A stretch of DNA of 64,000 bases from Lama glama. Its lineage: Eukaryota. Below the pieces are notes generated by a model. It saw nothing but the letters and a program-made list of their open reading frames with translations, was not told the origin of the DNA and did not search any database. Position numbers and translations under genes: made by a program. Numbering within the stretch: position 1 is the first letter of the stretch; each line of letters opens with the position of its first letter. Positions 39,361 through 51,642 of this stretch are shown here, in pieces. The stretch spans positions 33,110,001-33,174,000 of the forward strand of contig CM052816.1 in the NCBI GenBank assembly GCA_028534125.1, written 5' to 3'.

Positions 39361-41999
39361 ATATACTGTATGTAACCGCCTTCATTTTTACTACTATACA
39401 GGCTCGTTTATGCTGTCCAGAAATTTACAATCGAGTGTCTTTTTTTCTTAAGCTAGCCTCCCCCTCCTATTAATTATTAATATGTTAAGAGTATTTTAAA
39501 AAAGCAATTTAAAAAATTTCCTCAATGTACTTGGTGAATTACAGGCAGAGATGTAAGGGGAAAACCCTATCAGTCTTTACCTGGGCTCTTTGACAGTCGG
39601 AAGAGCAATGAAAAGGGTTAATTTCTTAACTAAAGTCATAAACCCCGAACTCTCCACAGCAGTGATCACATTAACTTCTCAAGTGCACCTGCTGTGCTAA
39701 CTAGTATTTACCAGACACCACATCAGCCTCAGCATTTCCTAGCATAACATGCTCCACCCTTCCCATCCAGCCCACTAATGCGCCAGCAGTTCGGGACACT
39801 CAGTCACCCAAGGCATCTCTGGCTGATCGCTTTGATGCAAACATAGTTCTACCACTGAGTACTGTGGCAGTCACCCTTTGAACGAAACCTACCCAGTAAC
39901 CCAGACCTCCCTGAAATTCCTTATTAGCTCCATAACGCAACCTATGAACACTGATATTTTTAAAAACCTAAATTAGTGAAATGAATTGAAATCTTTATCA
40001 TTCCCACCAGATTAAGAATCGTTCATCTAAGAAAAGCAATTAACATATTTCTGTCACTTGCAAATGAATGCTGAAGCTTAACTGCAGGGAATTCCCTCCC
40101 TTTGTAAGGATGTCTTTCTGCATACAGGGCACAATTACATCCAGAATTATCTCCACGCCCTCATCCTTAAATACTACATATTCATTTCTATTTTGGAAAG
40201 ATTAGGCAAGAGGCATTAAATTACCATTGTCACTAATGCTAACAATTTCATTTTAATCAGAGTATCAATGAACAGTAATTTCTAACAGGATGTTTTAAGT
40301 ATCAGAACTATTATTGTACACCAGAGTTTTGTTGTTCTCAAGGTAACATGTTTTAAAAAGCACAGATTTAGACTTTAATATGCATAGAGGGAACATTTAC
40401 AAAATGAAACAGAAGTAATTTTGCACCATATTGCTTCGCTTGAAGTATTCCAACAAAATATCTACCCTGCAATCCTTCAGATTCATCATTTCTAACAAAT
40501 AACACAATCTAATTCCAGCTCCTGGAGCTACTCTCACCATCTCAGGATTAGGTAGGACCTGCTTCCAAACAGCCTCCACTCTGATCTCCCCTCTTCCCAA
40601 GAGAGAACACCCAGAGCCAGGCTCAGATATCTCCAAGAGATTCTGCAAAGCCCCCCAACTGGAGTCATGCTGGATGGGCTCCTCTGGCCCAATGTCGGCT
40701 TTCAGGAGATGGAGGGTAGGGGTGACCCAGATCCAGCTCCAGGGAATGGGGACCTGGGTATGGAGAGTGGGGCTCGCACTACTTGTCGGTACAAAAGTAG
40801 TTGACCTTTGTGTACTTTTTCTGTTAGCCTTTTCTTCTTACTTCTTTTCACCATTTCTAACTGTCATATGTCCTGCCAACCAAGCGGCAATAATGTGCCC
40901 TGAGAATAATGCACTTCTCCAGCGGTTGGCCACTCCCCCATCAGGCAGGTTTCTGAGACAGAGCAATCTGTGAACGGATCGGATGATAGACCATTAAGAG
41001 CTAAGTCAGAGGAGCAAGTAGTGTTGTCAGACAGCATGGGGTACTGGACACAGCATTAACTGAGAGGTGACAGAGCCCTTCTAGAGACTGGCATGAGTCT
41101 CTCTGCTAGAGGACAGGAGGGAAGAAGAGGAAGAATACTATTACACAAGACCTGTGCTTCTCCTTTTATCTGTTGGGTATTCAAATCGATCTGGGTTGGA
41201 GACACAGACTTGTCAGGCAACAGCCTACAGATGGTAGGCTGAGCCACGGGAATGAGTAGCACCTCTGTAGGAGCATTCTCAGAGATAAGCCTGGGTCCAA
41301 AGGGTCCAAAACTTAACAACCAAAAAGCGAGATGATAGAGCCCAGGGTGTAGGTCTATGACTCTTGTTCGTTTCCTTCCCACCACCCTCAGGTGTACACT
41401 CCTCAGCCAATGATCAAACTGTCTAACAGCTTCAAAACCTGAGAGGGAATATTTCATCACTTCTCTCCTTCCGACCTTTAGACAAAACCTCAATCAAGAA
41501 GCTTTAGAAAAATTCTTTCAAATGGAAAAGCTAGCTGTCAACAGAAATAAAGATGGCCTTCACTGCTGGGGGAATATCCTGAGTCCTGTCAAACCCATTT
41601 ACCAAGGCCCCCGCTCTCCTTCAGCAGGTGAACCTCCCCCATCTGTTCCTGCTCTTCCAGGCAAAGCTCCTATGGCACTGCTGCCACCTTCTTACAGTAA
41701 ACAAATCACAACTTGTAAGGGAATCCACAAAGTGTACATCACTGATAAAACTGTATCTCCATGGAAGAAACAGTTATGCAGCACATGAACATGGACTGTT
41801 TCCCTGCAATGTGTCCTTATTCTGGATGTGGATCGTGGCCTGCCATGCCTTCCCTCCCCCACGCTGCGCCGTCAGCTACGATGGTTGTCCTGAGGTCAGG
41901 TTCTGGGCACTAAGAGGGACTTGAGGCACTATAGCTGGGACAAAATTAGGACAAATTACATAAAAACAATAAACAAAATAAAATGTAAAAAGCAATTAA

Positions 42000-42120
42000 T
42001 GAAAACGAATATATGTATGTTCATGTATGACTGAAGCATTATGCTGTATACCAGAAACTGACACAACATTGTAAATTGACTATACTTCAATAAAAAATAA
42101 AAAATATATATACAAAAAAC
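42000..42120 (+). mobile_element. Young L1 3'-end fragment
   Basis: gaaaacgaatatatgtatgttcatgtatgactgaagcattatgctg...ctatacttcaataaaaaa. Confidence 0.88.
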
Positions 42121-42191
42121 CCCACACACCATTACTATTGTCACTTAGCTCATTAACATTCTGGCTCTGCAAATCCAAAAAAGGAAATACT

Positions 42192-42338
42192 GGGGGGAGG
42201 GTATAGCTAGTGGTAGAGTACGTGAGTAGCATGCACAAGGTCCTGGGTTCAATCCGCAGTACCTCCACTAAAATAAATAAATAAAAACCTAATTACCTCC
42301 CCCAGCCAAAAATTTTTTTTAAAAATTAAAATTAAAAA
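42192..42338 (+). mobile_element. Camelid tRNA-Ala-derived SINE with perfect target-site duplication
   Basis: ggggagggtatagctagtggtagag...ggttcaatcc. TSD aaaaaaggaaatac at 42177-42190 and 42339-42352. Confidence 0.93.
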
Positions 42339-42574
42339 AAAAAAGGAAATACCTTTCTTTTCTAAGATTTGCCAGTATTTGGAAGAACATTTTCCCAGAT
42401 AATAAGCTTTTGGCATGAAGGTCCAGCAAACCTCAGCTGGCTGTGAAACTCTTAGGATTCCTGCATACTGTCTTCATGACAAGTTTGTCTCCACTTCAGA
42501 ACTTCTTTTAAATTACTTTAGTGCCCATTTACAACCACAGCCACTAATGTTCTGTTTGTAGTAGCAAAATAATA

Positions 42575-42810
42575 GTAACAGCAACATTATTGCAAGAACT
42601 AACAAACAGTATTTACCAGGCACTTCGATAAGCACCACATAGTTTATGTCACTGGTCTTCACAGTATTCATCTAAGGTGGATACTCTTATTATCATCGTT
42701 TTGTAAAAAGGAATGTGCAGCCCAGAAAAGCAACTTCCCCCAGATCGCCCAGCTAGAAAGTGGCAGAGCTATGACTTCAGAGCACACAACCTGACCACAC
42801 AGTTTTGCAG
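42575..42810 (-). mobile_element. MIR SINE
   Basis: tattatcatcgttttgtaaaaaggaa...caacttcccccagatcgcccagctagaaagtggcagagct. Confidence 0.7.
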
Positions 42811-43949
42811 ACAAACTGAGCTGATGAATCAGGTGACTCGGCCCAGAGGAGAAGTTAGTAAAGAAGTTGGCCCCAAACCAGAGGCCTTTCCCAATCATTC
42901 AACATATCTACTACCCTGACCCCAACATGTCATGGCTGCTGGCTGGGACATTTTAAGGCCCAAGATGATGTCCTATTTTTTGACACTTGAGGAATTACAG
43001 GATTTGAAGGCAGCTTTATCAGCATCAGACACTTTCTTTGGTCGTAATTATACGTATGTCCAGACAGCATTTTCACAGGCAACTCAGAAGCCCCAAAAAG
43101 AAATAGTCTTAGAAGTCTATCAGTCATACTGGAAGGCACACCGCTTTCCATCCCACACTTAAATCATGGCATCCTGAAAAAAGAGGCTCCCCACTTAGGT
43201 TTGAATCTACCCATCAGAAGTAAAAATTCCTGTCCAGGGGATCAACTCACCTATTTCCCCCCACTCACTATTAACCCCCTATTAATAATCAGCGAGGCAC
43301 CACGGCCCCTGGACTATCTCATTCCCACAGTACTCCCATTCCACACTTACTCTCGTTCAAACACTTCATCAGAAGTGCTCCCAATCAAGCATGAAAATAA
43401 ATTAGATTTTGGTTTAACCAGGATTAGATTCACAGCACCAAGAAATAAAGTAACAGTTATCTAATCTAACAGGCTAGCCTCAGACTTCCTGGCTACTCTC
43501 CACAGGCTCCTCTTGCTGAAGCCCTCTCCTAAAAATCCTCTTTAAATACTGTGAAATCACAGCACGTCAATGCTGTGAAATCACTGCACGTTGGTGTAGA
43601 AATGTAACTCTTCAAACGCCATGAACCTAACTCTTAACTCTGAGGCCTGCCAAACCCTACTAGAGATCGTCTAGCCCGTCCCTGGGGAGAGTTGCTGGTG
43701 GTCAGCCTGAGAAATGTGCGCTGGCCCCGCAACACAACAGGAAGCTACTTCTTCCTGGACATCGTGGAGGAAAGCAGCCTCCTGGGCTTGGGTGAGCCCA
43801 TGTGTTTTCCGTGGAGAAGCAGTTTATACTCATGTCTCATTTTACACTCACTGTAACTCCATCTGGAAATTGCGAGGAGCTAGTGGCTATGCAAAGCCCC
43901 AACCAAGGAGAAAATCAGACCTGGACAAAGGAAGAAAAGAATAGGAAAT

Positions 43950-44893
43950 TGATATCAAAAACACACAGAGAACTCCCACAGTGCAGCAACAAAAAAAATC
44001 CTAAACAACTTGATTAAAAGATGGATATGGACTTGAATAGACATTTCTCCAAAGAGGATGACAGGGCCCAATAAGCACATGAAAAGATGCTCAACATCAG
44101 TAATCAACAGGGAAATGCAAACAGAAACCACAATTAGATACCACTTCATATCCACTATGATGACTGTTATTTAAAAAGCAAAATAAAACAGAAAAGAAAT
44201 GTTGGCAAGGATGTGGAGAAGTTGGAAGCTCTGTGCACAGCTGGTGGGAATGAGCTAAAGTGGAGCAGTCCCTATGGAAAATAGGACAGCGACCCCCTCC
44301 AAAATTAAACATGGAATTACCACATGCTCCAGCTATCCCACTTCTGGGTATGAACCCAAAAGAAGTGAAAGCAGGGACTCACACAGGTATTTGCACACCC
44401 ATATGCATCACAGAATTATTTACAATAGTCAAAAAGTGGAGGCCACCTGAGTATCAATTGACAAATGAATGGACACAAAAAATATATGATATATACATAC
44501 AGCAGGTTATAATGTCTTAAAACGGAAATTCTGACACATGCTACAATATCAATGAAACTTGAAGACACAATGCTAAGGGAAAGAAACCAGTCACCAAAGG
44601 ACAAATATTTTACAATTACACTCACATTGGGTATCAAGATTAGTCCAATTTGTAGAGGGACAGGAAGTGGAACCGTGGTTGCCAGGGGAGGAGGGAAATG
44701 GGGAGTTAGTGTTCAACAGGTGCACAGTTTCAGTTGGGGAAGATGAAAAAGTGCTGGAGATGGATGGTGATGATGGCTGCACCACAGTGTAGGTGAACTT
44801 AACGCCACAGATCTGTATACTGAAAAATGGCTAAAATGGTTAAATATAAATAACTCTGTGTTATGTATATTTTACCATAATTTTTTTAAAAAA
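43950..44893 (+). mobile_element. L1MA/L1MB-type LINE: ORF2 C-terminal remnant and 3' UTR
   Basis: gacttgaatagacatttctccaaagagga...cacatgaaaagatgctcaacatc. ORF 44260-44520 contains PAIPLLGMNPKE. Typical 3' UTR end tgtatattttacca. Confidence 0.92.
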
Positions 44894-45880
44894 GAGGATA
44901 GAAGGGTTAAACAAGTGCTGTACCATCAACACACAATAGCTGGCAAACCAGCCAGACAGCGATCATCTCATTACTCCCCTGAAATAGAACACAACTGCTC
45001 TTTTGGATTTTTTTTTTACTTGCTAGGCCCTGAAAATCTTGGCCAATAAAAACCCATGGAGCAGGCCAATAAAAACCCATGGAGCAGAAACTATTACAAT
45101 GCACCCAAAAATCATAGAGCTAAAAATAAATTCTAATGATTTTAATAGTGTGACTAGTAGCAATGTCCTATGTAGATAAGAATACTGAAGAATTAGACTT
45201 CCACCTTTTAAAATAATTACAGACTATTTATTACAAAACACGTATCTTAAAACAAATCCTGTAATGCAGAAACTGAGGGTGTTGAGGCAGAAGAGGAAAA
45301 ATTATCCATGGGAGTTAAGGAAAAAGATCTGCGTTCTACACTTTCCCTTCTGTCACAAGCCAGCTTCCTTCAAGCCTCAGTTTCCTCATCAGTCATGCAA
45401 ATAAATGGTTAGGATCAAATAAACCACAAATCGAAAAACAGTTTAATAGGCCACCCAATAGAAGCATCTCCTCATCCAATTCCAGGCTTACGTGGCAACT
45501 TTCTCGTCTTCATCTGACTGCCAAATAGCTTTTCAACAGGAAAAAAATGTCAGCATTCCAGACTCCTTGGAGCTATCTCGGCTATAAATCAATAAGCTGA
45601 TATGAAAGTTCGTGAAAATAAAGTCAGCAATTCTAAATAGTGGAAGGAAATTGGTCCAAGTGCTCACGGAAAGCAGAGTCTCATTTTCCTAATTCAGAAC
45701 CCACCTATATTCCACATCATCAGCATCCATCAACAATGAACTATCCATCAAGGGAACGTAGTTTTCAAATCATTCCTGGCCATTGTCCATACCAACTCAG
45801 CTCTTTAAACTACTCCTTTTAAAGGGAAAATACATTCAGACTCTGATGATATCCATAAATAATTATACGGCTTTTTAAGC

Positions 45881-46027
45881 TTTTTTTTTTTTTTAATTCT
45901 TTTTTTTGGGGAGGGTGGGTAATTATGTTTGCTTGCTTGTTTATTTATTTAATGGAGGTACTGGGGATTGAACCGAGGACCTCGTGCATGCTAAGCATGC
46001 ACTCTACCACTGAGCTATAACCTCCTC
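45881..46027 (-). mobile_element. Camelid tRNA-Ala-derived SINE
   Basis: Reverse complement gaggaggttatagctcagtggtagagtgcatgcttagcatgcacgaggtcctcggttcaatccccagtacctcca plus A-rich tail. Confidence 0.93.
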
Positions 46028-46070
46028 TGATGATTATGGTTTATTTTCAATGCATATAACAATTATTTCT

Positions 46071-48275
46071 CTTTTTTAAACATTTTTTATTGAGTTATAG
46101 TCATTTTACAATGTTGTGTCAAATTCCAGTGTAGAGCACAATTTTTCAGTTATACATGAACATACATATATTCATTGTCACATTTTTTTCACTGTGGGCA
46201 ACCACAAAACCTTATATATTTCCCTGTGCTATACAGTATAATCTTGTTTATCTATTCTACATATGCCTGTCAGTATCCACAAATTTTGAACTCCTGGTCT
46301 ATCCCTTCCCACCCCTCACCCCCTTTGCAACCACAAGTTTGTATTCTATGTCTATGAGTCTGCTTCTGTTTTGTATTTGTTTTTCTTTCTCTTTCTGGCT
46401 TATTTCACTTAGAATGACACTCTCCAGCAACATCCATGTTGCTGCAAACGGCATTATGTTGTTCGTCTTTACGGCTGAATAATATTCCATTGCATAAGTA
46501 TACCACATCTTCTTTATCCAGTCATCTGTTGAGGGACATTTAGGCTGTTTCCATGTTTTGGCTATTGTAAATAGTGCTGCTATGAACATTGGGGTGCAGG
46601 TGTCATTTTGAAGTAGGGTTCCTTCTGGATATATGCCCAGGAGCAGGATTCCTGGATCATATGGTAAGTCTATTCCTAGTTTTTTGAGGAATCTCGATAC
46701 TTTTTTCCACAGTGGCTCCACCAAACTGCATTCCCACCAGCAGTGTAGGAGGGTTCCCCTTTCTCCACAGCCTCTCCAGCATTTGTCATTTGTGGACTTT
46801 TGAGTGATGGCCATTCTGACTGGTGTGAGGTGATACCTCATCGTAGTTTTGATTTGTATTTCACTGATAATTGGTGATATTAAGCATTTTTTCATGTGCC
46901 TATTGATCATTTGTATTTCTTCCTTGGAGAATTGCTTGTTTAGGTCTTTTGTCCATTTTTGGATTGGGTTGTTTGCTTTTTTCTTATTAAGTCTTATTAG
47001 CTGCTTATATATTCCAGAGATCAAGCCTTTGTTGGTTTCATTTGCAAAAATGTTCTCCCATTCCATAGGTTGTTGTTTTGTTTTATTTATAGTTTCTTTT
47101 GCTGTGCAGAAGCTTGTAAGTTTAATTAGGTCTCATTTGTTTATTCTTGCTTTGATTTCTATTGTTTGGGTAGACTGCCCTAGGAGAACATTTTTGAGAT
47201 GTTAGATGTTTTGCCTATATTTTCTTCCAGGAGGTTTATTGTATCTCATCTTATCTTTAAGTCTTTGATCCATTTTGAGTTTATTTTTGTGTATGGTGTA
47301 AGGGAGTCTTCTAGCTTCATTGACTTACATAGAGCTGTCCAGTTTTCCCAACACCATGTGCTGAAGAGACTGTCTTTATTCCATTGTATATTCTTGCCTC
47401 CTTTGTCCAAGATTAGTTGACCAAAAGTTTGTGGGTTCATTTCTGGGGTAGCTCTATTCTGTTCCATTGGTCTGTATGTCTGTTTCTGTACCAATACCAT
47501 GCTGTCTTGATTACTATAGCTCTATAGTATTGTCTGAAGTCTTGGAGAGTTATTCCTCCAGCCTCTTTCTTTCTCTTCAATAATGCTTTGGCAATTCTAG
47601 GTCTTTTGTGCTTCCATATAAATTTTATTATGATTTGTTCTAGTTCTGTGAAATATGTCCTGGGTAATTTGATAGGGATTGCACTAAATCTGTAGATTGC
47701 CTTGGGCAGTGTGACCATTTTAACAATATTGATTCTTCCAATCCAGGAGCATGGGATATCTTTCCTTTTTTTAAAGTCTTCTTTAACTTCCTTCATCAAT
47801 GGTTTATAGTTTTCTGTGCATAATTCTTTCACCTACTTGGTTAGATTTATTCCTAGGTATTTTATTACTTTGGGTGCTATTTTAAAGGGGATTGTTTCTT
47901 TACTTTCTTTTTTTGTTGATTCATCATTAGTGTAAAGAAATGCAACTGATTTTTGAACGTTAATCTTGTGACCTACTACCTTGCTGAATTCTTCAATCAG
48001 CTCTAGTAGTTTTTGTGTGGACCTTTTAGGGTTTTCTATATATAGTAACATGTCATACGCATATAGTGACACTTTTACCTCATCTTTTCCAATTTGGATC
48101 CCTTTTATTTCTCTCTCTTGCCTGATTGCTGTGCCTAGGACTTTCAAGATTATGTTGAATAGCAGTGGTGATAGTGGGCAGCCTTGTCCTGTCCCAGTGG
48201 GAAGCTTTTGAGTTTTTCACTGTTGAGTACTATGCTGGCTGTAGGTTTGTCATATATAGCTTTTATTATGTTGAG
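46071..48275 (-). mobile_element. Young 5'-truncated L1 (about 2.2 kb) with disrupted ORF2 (RT C-terminal part and cysteine-rich domain) and TSD
   Basis: ORFs 47833-48147, 47437-47832, 47246-47500 and 46299-47066 are consecutive L1 ORF2 peptides ([32 protein letters not shown]). TSD ataacaattatttct (46056-46070) / ataataattatttct (48276-48290). Confidence 0.97.
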
Positions 48276-48482
48276 ATAATAATTATTTCTGATTGGAGAA
48301 AATGACACAATTAGAAAGTCTGCAAATATACATAGTCTTTAAGAGAGTGAAAGAAACAAAAGGAGAAATTATATCTTCTTCTGAAAATACTTTGATTGCT
48401 TTTTGGGACACAACCTTCCTGAACTTTTCTTTGCTAGCTCCTCCTCTTCCCAAGGACATCTCCCTGCCCTACTTAATAATTT

Positions 48483-48528
48483 TATACACACACACACGTG
48501 TGTGTGTGTGTATGTGTGTGTGTGTATG
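48483..48528. repeat. (CA)n-(TG)n inverted microsatellite
   Basis: acacacacacac|gtgtgtgtgtgt palindrome inside an alternating purine-pyrimidine tract. Confidence 0.95.
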
Positions 48529-48559
48529 AAGAGGATAAAAAAATCAATTCTGGCATATG

Positions 48560-49052
48560 TTCAAAACACTCCAGACAAATCCAGATTCTTCTTCAGAGCC
48601 TACAGGGCAACAAGTGATCCAGCCAGAACTATGTTCTCTGACCTCATCTCTTTCCACTCTCCCCTTGTTCACTGTACCCCCAGCCACTTCACCTCCTTGC
48701 TGACACACACCAGGCATGCTCTGGTCTCTGCACCTTGACCCTTATCCTTCCCACTGCCTGAGATGATCATCCTCATCCTTGCATGGTTGTATCCTTCCTT
48801 GTATGCATCACTCAACTCCAAGATTCCCATAGACAGGTCTTCCCTGATCAACATAATAGCATCCCTCCCTCCTTCATTCCTCTTTGTAGCACATATCACC
48901 ACCAGACATACATCTGTGTATTGTCTGTCTCCCTCTAGAATGTAAGATCCATTAAAACAGGGACTACATCAGGTTTGTTTTTGTATGCCCACACCTCAGA
49001 ACAGCACCTGGTATGTAGAAGGCATGCAATGTTTGTTGAATGAATAAATGAA
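48560..49052 (+). mobile_element. L2 LINE 3' end
   Basis: ctctgacctcatctct...cagccac...ctagaatgtaagatccat...gtttgttgaatgaataaatgaa. Confidence 0.85.
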
Positions 49053-51329
49053 CTAGGAATAGAGAGTATGTAACATTAGTAATGACAGAACTAAATTCCC
49101 TCAAAAGCATCCTTCAACCAAAATATTTAAGTGGCCAATCCAACACATGGGTCACACTGTAATGGCAACTGCTATTTGGTCCAACAAGTAAATCTGAAGT
49201 TTGCTGATGCCCTACTATGTCACACATGGACTAGGTGCTGGCAATAGTGTGATGGGTTTCACTCTGTCCCTGCCTTCAAAGATCTCACGGTCTCCCAGGG
49301 AGGCCATGGATAATTAAAGTAAGTGTTCTGAACACAAATAAAGGAAGGAACAACTAATCTGGGAGGGACCCAGGCAGAAGCAAGAAGTCATTGCAAGCGT
49401 GGCATGTATTCTACAGACAAGTTCACACAACCCATAGGAAACAAGGACAAGTAATTCCTCCCACTCCTACCCTGCAACCAACCAGAGGACTTCATTGCTT
49501 TTCTAATTGCGAGGAAATCTTTTCCCATGTTGGCATTCTTCCCTTGACAACTGCTTCAGTATTTCTCACAAATCCAGCTGGAGTCATTAACTGCATGCAT
49601 GCACACACTGAGGTTTTGTCAAACTTTCTGCGCTCAGGTAATGGAACACTACAGCCTTTGGCTTAAGATGCATTTCCATCTCTGGCCCCATATGTCCCGT
49701 CATGCGTTCCAAGCACCGATCAAATCTATGACAAGTGATCTGCCTCTAAACATCCTACCAACCAAGAAGCTTTACTACGGAAGTTTTCCAGGCCAGCAGA
49801 CTGTTATTGCTATTAACAAAGTTAATAACCCTAACCTATAGCTTTTTATATGGCAAGTAGAATCAACAGCTGCTAATGCTGAATATTCTTCCTAAACAGT
49901 CACAATGGTTTAACTTCTATGCTTGAAAAAAAACATCTTGAGCAAACCTTCCAAAAGGTGTTCTCTTGCCCTTAGGGATTAATTTTGACTGTTTCTGTTC
50001 AGCAAGAGAAAAAGGACATTTGCTAGAAAGAGAGGACAGCTCTGTGGTCCCAGTAAATATTTACTCTATAAATTGAACCTGTTTATCTGTGTAATCCAGG
50101 TGATTCTCTTCTCTGTTTCTTTCAGGAATGAAAGATGGCCACGGCTAGGAATTTGGGTGTGGTTTAGGGAGGTGAAAAAATAATTGGAAATAATTTATCT
50201 CTGCCCTGCCAGCCCCTTACTACACGGGGACGTTTTGATTTCTTGGATCAAAACCTAAATTTGAAATCTTTGCTCACCAACAACTTCTTATTCTAGCCGT
50301 AAATGCAGGTTTAATTTTCCAGTTACAGTCTGGCTTTGGAGGAAGTCTTCCGCATGACTTGCATTGGGCAAATCAGCTTCAGGCAGCTATTAACACAGCA
50401 CCTCGAGTTTACTTCCTGTCACCACCGCATCCCCTACTCTGGATGGGTGCCCCAACTCAGAATTCTAGCACCTCAAATCTGGCATCCACAGTCCTGTAAA
50501 TAACTTACTATGAAAAGTCTTGGGATTAATTTTAAAACTTCCTGACTGGACAAAGCACCTCCTCAGAATGGAGGTTCTCTCTCTGCTTTCAGGTCTGTAG
50601 CCATCTCCGTCCCTGATCGCCTGCCTGGTCTCGGACTCATCTCCTCGCCTCATATCCCTCCGCTCCTTCCCTCGTTCCCTTGACCACCGCCTGGTCCCAG
50701 CCATACCTGACCTACGTGCCAGCTGGGCTCACTCGGCGCCTCCCCGGCGCGCTCAGCACGTGCCTCCTCAGGACCCGGCCCCGAGCAGCTGCGCTGCCAC
50801 GCGGCCGCCGCCTCCCACTTCACGAGCTTTTCATCCACCCTGCACTCTGCAGCCCCCTCGGGATGTAGCCAACTGTGGGCGACGCCTAAAGCCCCACCTG
50901 CCGTGGGGAGAGAACCCTAATTCTTGTGACAGAGGAAGTCTTGTTCTCGTCCTGGCAGCTCAGTTATCGCGGCACTAATCCCTCAGACGCCACGGGCTGC
51001 GTCGGCAGTGGGACAGAGGTCACCGTGCCTCCATCTCCCTTGCGGTGAGCGGGGAACAGGAGGAAGGCCTTCCTGGATGAAGACCACCCTACTCCTTACC
51101 AACAAATCCACTTTCAGAGCTCTAGAAAATCAATGTCTAGAATTCTTCAGTCACCTGAAGGTGGTAACAGTAACTATATTCATTACATTCTTATCAAAAA
51201 CATGTATCTGGGTATTGCATGGAGATTACAATACAAATCAAGTTAAACAGGCTTATGAAATAGAATACTCTCACCTAGGAACACGTGATCAAAAGCTGAA
51301 AGCAATAACAGAAACTAACGAAAAGGAAA

Positions 51330-51530
51330 CAGTATAGGAATGATAGACTCTGGAGAAGGACTACCAGGGCTCAAATCTTGAGTTCACCATTGAATCTTGG
51401 TAAGGGTTTTCACCTCTTTATGCCTTAATTTCTTCATCTGTAACATGGACATAACAGAATGTATCTCAGAGCGTTTTTTTGGACAATTAAGCATATCAGT
51501 ACCTGGGAAATGCTTAGAGTGTTAGCTATT
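51330..51530 (+). mobile_element. MIR SINE
   Basis: agactctggag...gggctcaaatc...cacctctttatgccttaatttcttcatctgtaacatgg. Confidence 0.75.
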
Positions 51531-51642
51531 ACAAATCACTAAATTAACAGCTAAAAAGACAAAATACAACAACAAAAATTATCGCTAGCCGTTGGGAATT
51601 AAGAGGCCAGGGTTTTAGACAAGGGTCTCGTTTTGTGGCCTC

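Noticed and set aside
42932..43162. 76-aa ATG ORF with protein-like composition (MAAGWDILRPK...)
   Set aside because: No recognisable family, promoter, or poly(A)/TSD retrocopy hallmarks; the length is compatible with chance. A tblastn search would settle it.
45953..46027. tRNA-Ala(AGC)-like cloverleaf, also at 6735, 18803, 39193 and 42192
   Set aside because: These are SINE heads: shared GGGGAGGG-like 5' ends, A-rich tails, TSDs on several copies and stem mismatches. They are not tRNA genes.
46299..47066. Longest ORF in the window (255 aa) as a host gene
   Set aside because: It is the L1 ORF2 C-terminus within a truncated, frameshifted element bounded by a TSD.
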